Shown: piece by piece, positions 11,901-27,180 of the stretch | Numbering within the stretch: the stretch's first letter is position 1 | How the letters are laid out: each line of letters opens with the position of its first letter | DNA from: Tubulanus polymorphus | Taxonomy: Eukaryota; Animalia; Nemertea | Reading direction: 5' to 3' | Length of the DNA: 64,000 nt | Assembly: GCF_964204645.1 (NCBI RefSeq) | Contig: NC_134030.1 | Location: 8,831,222-8,895,221, forward strand | Translations under genes and position numbers: made by a program | The notes under the pieces: model-generated | Database searches by the model: none | Told to the model about the DNA's origin: nothing | The model's input: only the letters and a program-made list of their open reading frames with translations

Positions 11901-14075
11901 ATTAATCATAATAATTTCATGTATATCAAGTTACCTTTTATGATTGCTGGGTTCGTTATCGGCAATTATCTTATTAGTTGGTTGGTAAATGAGTTCGATT
12001 CTGTTGGCCTCATCTGTTCGCTGTTCCAGTTGGTCAATTTTGGATGAGTAGCTGATCACAAGCTGGGTTTCTTCTTATAGTTGAAATTTAGCTGCAATGA
12101 TTAAACGAAGATATCCTGTAATGACCAAATATTATATTATCTTAATAATTTCATGTATATTAACTTACCTTTTATGATTGCTGGTTTCATTATTGGCGAT
12201 TATCTTATTAGTTGATTGGTTAATGAGTTCGATTCTAGTTGCCTGTGCACTGTTCAAGTTGGTTGATTTTTTACGAGTAGTTGTTCTCAAACTGGGTTTT
12301 TTCTCATAGTTGAAATTTAGCTGCAATGATCAAAAGAAGATATCCTTTCATGACAAAATATTTCAATAAGAATTAATCGCAATAATTTCATGTATGTCAA
12401 GTTACCTTTTATGATTGCTTGGTTCGTTATCGGTGTGGATCATCTAAAGTTTGTGCGTTAATGAGTTAGATTCTGTTGGGCTCATCTGTACGCTGTTCAA
12501 GTTGGTCGATTTTGGCCAAGTAGTTGTTCTCAAGCTGGGTTTTTTCTCATAGTTGAAATTTAGCTGCAATGATCAAAAGAAGATATCCTTTAATGACAAA
12601 ATATTTCAATAAGAATTAATCATAATAATTCCATGTATATCAAATTACCTTTTATGATTGCTGGTTTCATTATTGGCGATTATCTTATTAGTTGATTGGT
12701 TAATGAGTTAGATCCTAGTTGGCTGTGCGTCATTCAAGTTGGTCGATTTTTGACGAGTAGTTGTTCTCAAACTGGTTTTTTTCGCATAGTTGAAATTTAG
12801 CTGCAATGATTAAAAGAAGATATTCTGTAATGACAAAATATTTCAATAAGAATTAATCATAATAATTTCATGTATATCAAGTTACCTTTTATGATTGCTG
12901 GGTTCGTTATCGGCAATTATCTTATTAGTTGGTTGGTAAATGAGTTCGATTCTGCTGGCCTCATCTGTTTGCTGTTCAGTTGGTCGATTTTGGAGGAGTA
13001 GCTGATCTCAAGCTGGGTTTCTTCTTATAGGTGAAATTTAGCTGCAATGATTAAAAGAAGATATCCTGTAATGACAAAACATTTCAATAAGAATTAATTG
13101 TAATAATTTCATGTATATCAAGTTACCTTTTATGATTGCTGGGTTCGTTATCGGCAATTATCTTATTAGTTGGTTGGTAAATGAGTTCGATTCTGTTGGC
13201 CTCATCTGTTCGCTGTTCCAGTTGGTCGATTTTGGACGAGTAGCTGATCTCAAGCTGGGTTTCTTCTTATAGATGAAATTAAGCTGCAATGATTAAAAGA
13301 AGATATCCTGTAATGACCAAATATTTCAATAAGAATTAATCGTAATAATTTCATGTATATCAAGTTACCTTTTATGATTGCTTGGTGCGTTATCGGCAAT
13401 TATCTTATTAGTTTGTTGGTCAATGAGTTCGATTCTGTTGGCCTCATCTGTTCGCTGTTCCAGTTGGTCAATTTTGGACGAGTAGCTGATCTCAAGCTGG
13501 GTTTCTTCTTATAGTTGAAATTTAGCTGCAATGATTAAACGAAGATATCCTGTAATGACCAAATATTATATTATCGTAATAATTTCATGTATATCAAGTT
13601 ACCTTTTATGATTGCTGGGTTCGTTATCGGTGCGGATCATCTAAAGTTGGTGGGTTAATGAGTTCGATTCTGTTGGCCTCATCTGTGCACTGTTCAAGTT
13701 GGTCGATTTTGGACTAGTAGTTGATCTCAAGCTGGGTTTTTTCGCATAGTTGAAATTTAGCTGCAATGATTAAAAGAAGATATCCTGTAATGTCCAAATA
13801 TTTCAATACGAATTAATTGTAATAATTCCATGTATATCAAGTTACCTTTTATGATTGCTGGTTTCGTTATCGGCGATTATGTTATTAGTTGGTTGGTAAA
13901 TGAGTTTAATTCTGTTCGCTGTGCGCTGTTCAAGTTGGTCGATTTGGACGAGTAGTTGATCTCAAGCTTGGTTCTTCTTGATAGCTGAAATTTAGCTGCA
14001 ATAAAAAATATATCCTGTAATGAAAAAATATTTCATTTAGAATTTTTATAATCATTTCCATGAGAATAAACTTAC
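8950..14075 (-). repeat. Tandem array of ~22 units of ~230-242 bp; each reads on the minus strand as intron plus non-coding exon
   Basis: Unit anchors (GATATCC/GATATTC) at ~9031, 9270, 9512, 9754, 9983, 10226, 10464, 10706, 10948, 11177, 11420, 11636, 11873, 12115, 12344, 12587, 12824, 13065, 13307, 13549, 13784, 14014. Minus strand: CATAAAAG|GTAA(C/G/T)T ... TCTTCTTTTAATCATTGCAG|CTAAAT. Confidence 0.95.
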
Positions 14076-14414
14076 ATTTCAAAATTGCTGGATGCGGTGC
14101 TCCCTGATGCTAGAAAATAGTTTGAAGGAGAGGGGTTAGTAAAAGACAGCTATTAGCAAGAGGAATAAGACCTAAGTTTAGGATATCCTGTCAGGATAAG
14201 GCTCTCAATCTGACATACACAGTGAAATTGAAATATTCTCCCTTCCAAATTCAGGAATTTATTTGTGCATGTACAGATTTGTTTTATCTCCCTTCGATCG
14301 GAAGTAAATCTGCGTGAAATGATTTTGGCAATATGTATCAAAACTAATACAGCTGTAAGAAGAATCAGCTACATTTTAAATGTCCATGGACCTGAATGAA
14401 AAACAATTTCACAT

Positions 14415-15460
14415 AACATATTGAATTTACCTTAATCGTAGATATCTTATAGTAATATATTAATGAGTTTTCACCTTTGATTCTAATTGTCAGTTAAACA
14501 ATATCTATTATGCGTAACTTGACACACAGTATGGCTTTTAGATGAATCAGTTAGGTGTAGGTAGATTTTGGCTATTGTGAAGAACATGATTAGTTGCCAT
14601 AAGCACGGCAGTTGGAGATGTAAATACTGATCAGTCGATGAGACTGATTCAGATGTGCTCATACATATATCAGCTATATTTAAATTTTCAGTTTTACGAC
14701 ATTTATATTATGGACATGTATTACATACCGTATAAATAATTTTTGATCTTAGAAATATTGAATTCATCTTAATTGTGGATCTAAGCCATTGGTTAATGAG
14801 CAATTTTTCCTAGCTATATATGACAATTTTCAGTTAAACAATAATCATAGCGCATAACAAGGCACAGAGTATGGCTCTGTGGAATGATTTGAATCAATGA
14901 AAGCTTCTTTTACTCTAGATTTATCAAAGTGCTGAGACCTAATCACGGTTTCTAAAAGACCTGCAGTCCATAGTTATCCCCATATATATATTACACCAGA
15001 TCTCGATAGAGCCCTAGACAATATTTTATACATCTTTCCCCCAGAAATTCATTAATGCAATGGGTAAAGCAGCATATAATATATACTGTAAAGTGCCTGA
15101 ATGTTTATAAATGTATCAATATACTATTTGTAAAAAAATCTATTAACTGACGATAAAGTTTAATTGATATATATCTTTACAGGTAAAGCCAGCCTACATG
15201 TATACGGGGCCCTAAAATATCTACACCCGAAGAGTTTCTCGTCAAACATTATAAGATATTGAATGATTGCTAATATCTAAGCGATTGGTTAATTAGTAAA
15301 TTGTCCTATCTATATCTTGATTGTCAGTTAAACAAGCTTTATGAGGCCTGAAATATCTACGGTACATTTGAAAAATTTCACATTAGATATTGAATTTAGC
15401 TTAAGTGTACAAATCTTTTAATCAATAACTGACCAATCTACATTTTTATTATCAGACCAA
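14415..15460. repeat. Diverged dispersed/tandem ~100-bp block, 3-4 copies
   Basis: TTGAAT...TTAAT(G/T)AG...TCAGTTAAACAA blocks at ~14421, 14758, 15259, with a weaker copy at ~15390. Two copies end in CACA(C/G)AGTATGGCT; CCT(A/G)AAATATCTAC occurs at ~15211 and ~15347. Confidence 0.65.
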
Positions 15461-16023
15461 AGAATATTCAAGGGACCTCACTCAATCATTTCGTCTGATA
15501 TTGTAAATATTCAAGCAATCATTGCCCTAACTATATTTCAATTTACTTTTAACAATATGCCGGCCATAGAGCTTCAATAAAGTAGTGCGGAGATGGTTAG
15601 CTTGACCAGCATCTCTATCCTCACCAGTGCCTATGCATTCTACCCCAGATATGAAAAATCAACTTAGCTTTATGTATGTATGCATTCCTGTTGCCATGCA
15701 GGATGAGACTGCCAGGTTTGGTTGCGGCAGGACTTTCGGTGTTTGGTTCATTCAACGTGGAGTCTTTTGTGGGCACTTCTAGTGGGTAGATTTTAGATTG
15801 GCCTTTCCAGATAAACCTGAAATGAGTAAAAGAACGATATTCTGTAGTTACACAATCCTTTCTGAATCATACATCGTAATTTACACATGTATCAACTTAA
15901 CTTTCAATATTGCTGAGTTCAGTGTTCTTTTTTCGCCATCTTCTGTAGTCGCCTTCAGCATCTTCTTCTTGATCTAGGGAGTCCTGAAATGAAAAAAAAG
16001 ATACGAGCGATGAAAACCTGGTA

Positions 16024-16824
16024 CGGAACAAAACTAATGTCCGAAAGCTTTTCAGCTCTCCGTCGCCGGTCACATACCGAGAACACCAGACAAAGAGCCA
16101 GCCAGGAATATACTGCCCTCTACACGCCCTCACACAGAACACGAAAACCAGGATGACGACGCCTTACTTTCACCATTTACCGACAGGGTGTGCCGGGTGA
16201 CGTCAGTAACTGACAAACCTATCAAATTACCCAAGCCAAAAATAGGGCAGCGCAACTGGATTGCCCGCACTAGCACTCAAAGGAAGACAAGACTTAGCCC
16301 TGCCCGAAGCAACCCACGCGGAATCAATGAATACTAACACTCAAAGGAAGACAGGAAAATTAATCCCTGCCCGAAGCAATCCCTTAAAAGGAATCAATGA
16401 ATGCCAGCACGCAAGCGATCCCGCAGTGAATCAATGAATCCTAGCACGCAAAGGAAGACAGGGAAATTAATCCCTGCCCGAAGCAATCCCTTAAAAGGAA
16501 TCAATGAATGCTAGAACGCAAAGGAAGACAAGACTAAATCTTTGCCCGAAGCAATTCCTGAAAAGGAATCAATGAATACTAGTAGACAGTCCAGCTTTAC
16601 CACTCCATTTTTAACCTATGCAATCCGACTGACTTGCCCGTCATTGACGTCACCCAGCACACTCTGTCGATACATGGGGAGAGTGAGGCCTCGTCATCCT
16701 GGTTTTCGTGTTCCGTATGAGGGTGTGTAGAGGGCAGCCATTTCCTGACCGACTCTTTGTCTGACATCCTCGACATGTGACCGGCGAAGGAGAGCCGACA
16801 CTTTGGGACATTAGTTTTGTTCCA
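16024..16824 (-). other. Long imperfect inverted repeat (arms ~16024-16278 and ~16574-16824) predicted to fold as an RNA hairpin on the minus strand
   Basis: Arm 1 GGAACAAAACTAATGTCC...CACGAAAACCAGGATGACGA...GGGTGACGTCA aligns with the reverse complement of arm 2 over ~250 nt. No TSD seen. Confidence 0.93.
16273..16582. repeat. ~65-70-bp tandem repeat (~4.5 copies) filling the hairpin loop
   Basis: CAAAGGAAGACA...TGCCCGAAGCAA...GAATCAATGAAT recurs at ~16278, 16342, 16449, 16519, plus one short copy. Confidence 0.9.
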
Positions 16825-17358
16825 GCAAACGTTGAAATTCGACAGAGAAATCGGCCCTGAAAAATAGAAAGGGTTAAATCCTGAAAAATAGAACGGATTA
16901 ATTAACACGGAACAGCACAGGACAGCACGGAGACGAACAGTTACACATAAAACATAAAGACGTCGTTCCTCAGGAAGCAGGAACAGGAGCGGGAGCGCAG
17001 CGAAGATCGCCAGGAGGAGAATCCACGGTAGCATGTTCACAGTGTGAGTGTGCAGAGGTGAATGGCCTATGCTTGTGTACACCGTGGTCAGCCGGTGACG
17101 TATTCAATAGCGCGTATAAATGATATCAAATATCAAATATCAATTTCAAACTCTGAATAGCCGCAATTGTGTCTCTATTGTTGAATGGTTTATCATTATG
17201 AAAGATTCCACCGCCGGGTTGAATACGCGCCAGTAGCCAGCCGAACAATATAGTGGAGGAACTTTAATAAGGCCATGAAATAAATTACTTGATTCCCAAC
17301 AGCTACTTCCGAATTTATTAGCCGCCGCCTGTTTTTTTTTTTCTTAAATTCTAGAATA

Positions 17359-17562
17359 GGTAAAAGTGCAGATCCGCACCTCCTCGTGATCGACGCAATC
17401 TACTGAATGACAGAATCAAGGCTAAAATCTAGTGAAGATATCTTAGAATTAACCAATGGAAATCGTACTGAATTGCTGATGACATTTTGAATCTGAAACA
17501 ATGATAATTAATGTAATTGATTGAACCGTTTACGGGGAGAGGTGCGGATCTGCGCTTTTACC
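17359..17562. mobile_element. MITE with GG-initiated TIRs and 8-bp TSD (Merlin-like)
   Basis: TIR GGTAAAAGTGCAGATCCGCACCTC / GAGGTGCGGATCTGCGCTTTTACC, with CTAGAATA duplicated at 17351-17358 and 17563-17570. Confidence 0.85.
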
Positions 17563-18494
17563 CTAGAATAATTTGTAAATCAAAATTATACCGACCTATA
17601 GTGGTCTATTTGAGTAATTGGGGGAAACCCACTAATACCATGTATTCGTCATTAATCATCATTTCATACCGTTATCACAGAATCCCGTCAATAGACAGAT
17701 TTTCATTAAAAAACTCCTTGATTCAATTGAGGGGAGACTTAATTACTTGGAGCACCGATCCTCTGAAATTCTGCCAAAACACTTCATGCTTTACCACTCA
17801 TAATTTGAAAAAAAACCCAAATTGTTTTCTTTGATTTTGATGCTGGATTAAACGGTACATCATCATGCAAATTTAGGAAAGTCCATATTAGAATTTCGTT
17901 TCTTGTTCCAATTTACTCTTATCCCATTATTGATTTTGGTCAAGAGTATGGCGGTATCAAATCATGTACAGGGTCAGTAATCAAGATTCAAGATAATAAG
18001 TCGAAATTCGACATTTAAGTCGAAATTGTGAAAAAATTAACTCGTATGGCATCTACTAGGGGCTTGATCCGTATTTGAAAGAAAAAAATTTTTTTTCTTT
18101 AATTTTGATACTGGACTCATTAAACGGTTCCTCATCATGTAAATTAAGGAGTCCATAAGAATTTCGCCGAATTTCGTTTCTTGTTACTAGGACTTTGGGT
18201 CAACTAGCATTACGCCGGGCTTTTTTATGGACCCTGGTGTTAAATTGAAACGACTGGCGACGTCGCCGACACCGTCAACTATTTATTGAACTATTTAGCA
18301 ATTCGCGTCCGCCCCTTACTCCGGAGCCGCATCAGAAAACTCCTAATTTTGATCCTGATTTTACACTTTCCCGACGAACTGTCAAAATCTGACCTTCCTT
18401 GCAGATTTCTCCCCTAGATTTCTCGCTTCACCGACTTCTGAAAATTAATGAACGAAGCCGACTTTTCGTTTTTTAACTAGAAGCGTACGAGACG

Positions 18495-23677
<5,183 letters not shown>

Positions 23678-25459
23678 ATTTTTCCTCCTCCAACGCTCCA
23701 CTCATTAATGAAAGTCATCGTGTCAGAAAAATCGTGTCTTGTTTTTGCCTACGTTGGTTCTATGTCTCAGTAATGTTTGAAACCGAGGTGAATCAGAATG
23801 TATAAAGCGTTGTTAACAGAGAAACCATGAAGATTATATTCAAAGATTTGTCCTTTATTTACCATTGTGGATCGCAGCTATCGAAAAACCAAAAAGATGT
23901 ATAAGTATATTCGATGGTTATAATTGATTAGTGAACTAGAAATTATCGTACAGATGATGCTTTTTGATTATGATCATTCCAATCTATGATAAACGACTAT
24001 ATTAGATCAATTAGTAAATAGGTTTGGGATAATTAGTAATTGTCTAAAGCGATTGGTATTAATTTATATCATATTATGTAGCATGTTTGTTATTCTTACT
24101 CGTTATGAGATGACATTTTTTTATAATTTTGTTATAGTTATCGGTAGATTTTCTCACTAACCTAACGACATATATATACGATGATATACCAGATACCAAT
24201 ATTGTTACGATTGTTAGAAGCATCGATATTTTATATATTTTATCATTTTCATCCAATGTGTCAAATTACTTTTTTCAGTCAGTGTCCAAGTCAAAGAACT
24301 AACTGACATTTATTTGTTTCAAGTATGATATACGTGTATTTGAATTCTATGTTCGTTTTGTCATTCTACAAAGGAGATTTACCCACTACATGTATTAGCG
24401 AATCAAAATGATTTTATTGCTCCTTTCAAACAGCTAACAAGGTGCTTTCCGGCTGACAAGGAAAATGGAGGAAATAACCTTGCTGAATTACCTTTGCTAG
24501 TGAGCATTTGTGGAGGAAAATTAACAGATCTCAAATCGATCAATACTTTTTGCGTTAAAATTACACGTATCATTCACCATTGTTTTGTGAGATATATCAA
24601 AGAAATATTATAGTATACCAGTTATTGATGTTGATGTATCTGTATGTGTGTTACTGGTGCTATGTTGTTTTTTCTGTGTGATAAATATTGCTAATCAAAA
24701 AGCTACTTGTACAAAAAGACTTTATCGAACTTGCATGACATACGGTTTGCAAATCATCGGCTTGAAATCGATATTATGCGTTTTAATGAGATATTATTCG
24801 TTGTAATGGCAACATAGCAGCCATTGTATAATCAAAGAAGTAGTTAGTCTCGTTATAGCTTAGCTAGCTTATAACTTAGCTTATTTGTTATCGGGTAGGT
24901 CAGAATATCAGTAGAAAATCGTTAGTACGACTACGTGTAGCATATTTTCTATTTTCATGTTCATCTTTTTGATCTTAAAATAGGGATTATCCCTCTTCTC
25001 TATTTGATTGGTATAGATTTCGATTGATTTACTTTTGATTTACAAACTCGCCACACCTGCCGAAATCGAAACAGGAGTTTGATTTTGGAATTGGAAATCG
25101 AATTGCAGATACCGGTATAGTTGTGTGATCGACAGTCAAATTTACAGAATTTTTCGTTTAAATCGAAGTATATACTTAGAAATTTTGGTCCTGGCCCTCG
25201 AAGCATTTCGTCATGTTCTAGTTGTATTTCTATAGTGCAATGCATTGCAGTAGATCATCCATTGCTTATGCTATTCGATGGACTGTAGATTGCATGCTTA
25301 TTCTACTTAATGTTATGTAATGATTATATATAAAAGATTTGCATCCCCTTCCAGTAGTTGGCTGTGTTTTCTGCTACTAGTCTCCGTTATTAGATTGCAT
25401 TTATTGGAAATCAGTTACATAGTAGAATAGCCCATACACTCTCGCGTATGGAGAATAGA

Positions 25460-25806
25460 TGATAAGTTTAAAACCCACTATATACAAAATGATTAAAAGC
25501 GAATTTTATTCATCAAAAAATAAAATCAAAAGAGGGGTCATTCATTTATTACGTGCGCATTAGGAGAGGCGGGAGGGGTCAGTGCAATTGCGTACTCCAA
25601 TGCTTAATGTATATGAAAAAATGGCCGATTTTGTGTACAGAGGGGGAGGGGGGTTGAAAAATTCAAATTTTATGCGTACGTAATAAATGAGTGATCCCAA
25701 ACGATGGTCTCTAGTAAGAGTTCGAAACGTTGTGTCTTTCGATTTTAATTTTTGATGAATAAATTTTACTTTTCAACTTTGTATATGGTGGATTTTAAAC
25801 TTATCA
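25460..25806. mobile_element. Palindromic element with a second MITE nested in it (25534-25698)
   Basis: Outer arms TGATAAGTTTAAAA...TTTTAAACTTATCA; inner TIR GGGGTCATTCATTTATTACGT / ACGTAATAAATGAGTGATCCC. Confidence 0.7.
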
Positions 25807-26625
25807 GTTACATATTTGTAGAATATATTTAAAACTTTGTAGTTAGGGTATTCTGATAGAAATGGTTTAGCGACAATCACTTTTTGGCATCATTGAAACA
25901 GTTTTCGCGTAACATATCAGATTAAATCAAATATATATTTTTTGAGGGCAACATCCGGATGGTGTACCCTGTGCACGGATCTGAAAATGTATGTATATCT
26001 GAAAACCCTTAGCTAATTTTATGCTTTTTCCTAATCTAAGAGAATTTTATCTAAGATTATACTGTTGTTAACCACATTTTTCGTTGCAGTTCAATTTATG
26101 TACCGTACTAATAGTATTTATTTCTTTGTTATTTATTCAGAATTTTAATAAAGCTTCAATTTTGTCGCATATCGAGACTTTTTACAATTCTTTTTGCAGT
26201 AGTTTGATGAGTCAGTGAGTTGAGAAGAGAGATTTATTTGATAATGAAACTAGGTCAGCAGAGGAGTGCAATAAATATGAATTGAATTGTATTGAGATGC
26301 AGGGAAACCCTGATTATGCGGGGATTCCCCATTAACGAGGATGCGTATATCCGTGATGCTGTTTCTGTTCTGTGAGGATGTGATCGGTTTCCAGGTTTGT
26401 ACTACGGAGGTAAAGCGCGTTTTCAAACCTCGTTAAGCATTTCGTTAAAGGAATGATGATTGATTGATTGAATAAGTAGGCCTAATCGTTGGTGATAAGC
26501 CGCGCAGGATAAAAAAAGCTCCCGAAATGCTTGTCAAAAATACTGGGAACCTAACCAGCTAATTAACAACCACCACAGTCGCATTCACAATACAGGGGCT
26601 TGTTTGTCATGATAACTGGGGACAT

Positions 26626-26902
26626 AGTGGCGGATCCAGGGTTCAAATCTGAGTACTGCTCGAAGTAATATTGTGTAGGCCTATATAGGCCTAAAGAATC
26701 GGCAAGCCGTAAGCCTCGATCGTGTCTGGTGCACCGATTCACTACCCTGTAGTAAGGTACCACATATGTACGACAAGTATGTTGTACGACATGTTTGTGT
26801 GTAAAGTCGTGCAGGCAGATATTGTCTATATTGAAATTGTTGTAGTAGGGGAAATGTTGAATGCCGCTCAAGTGGCACTGGCGGTAGGCTGGATCCGCCA
26901 CT
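26626..26902. mobile_element. MITE with AGTGGCGGATCCAG TIRs (related ends at ~18868, 48131, 50465-50659, 54903-55157, 63799)
   Basis: AGTGGCGGATCCAG ... CTGGATCCGCCACTG inverted termini. Confidence 0.7.
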
Positions 26903-27180
26903 GGGGGTTCCAAAATCAAAGATTCCCCTGTAACAGATGATGTAATCTTTTTTCTGTTTGAGGTAATTAAAGAAAGGTTTCCACCTTTCAATTCCGCTTA
27001 CAAAGATAGGCCTACATCAGTGCCTACAGGGAAGCCGAGCATAGTGTGGTGCGAGTATAGAGGAATGCCGATACCTATCAGTGACTTAACAAATGACATC
27101 TATTTTAGGTTGGTGTAACCCGTATCAGTTGAGCTTGAACACTGAATTTTTAGGCTAATAAAGACAACAGAAAAAAAAGG

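Larger units (their letters stand above)
8500..17100 (-). ncRNA. Putative multi-exon long non-coding RNA (hairpin near 5' end, repeated exons towards 3' end); boundaries approximate
   Basis: Minus-strand splice signals: donor ~16944; acceptors 16881/16857, 15984, 15817; 22 array introns; AATAAA at 8526-8521. The G:U-biased fold-back at 16024-16824 is on the same strand. Array exons translated by hand have stops in all frames. No transcript evidence available. Confidence 0.5.

Noticed and set aside
8950-14075. Repeat-domain protein encoded by the tandem exons
   Set aside because: Protein-like stretches exist (KIDQLEQRTDEANRIELINQPTYK), but exon lengths vary out of frame and the units translated have stops in all frames. 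A decayed coding ancestry cannot be excluded.
16024-16824. Ordinary fold-back DNA transposon
   Set aside because: No TSD or recognisable termini, and mismatch direction is strongly strand-biased. Not fully excluded without a copy-number search.
17836-18200. Two ~100-bp direct repeats upstream of malic enzyme
   Set aside because: Real but degenerate local duplication with no functional signal that I could support.
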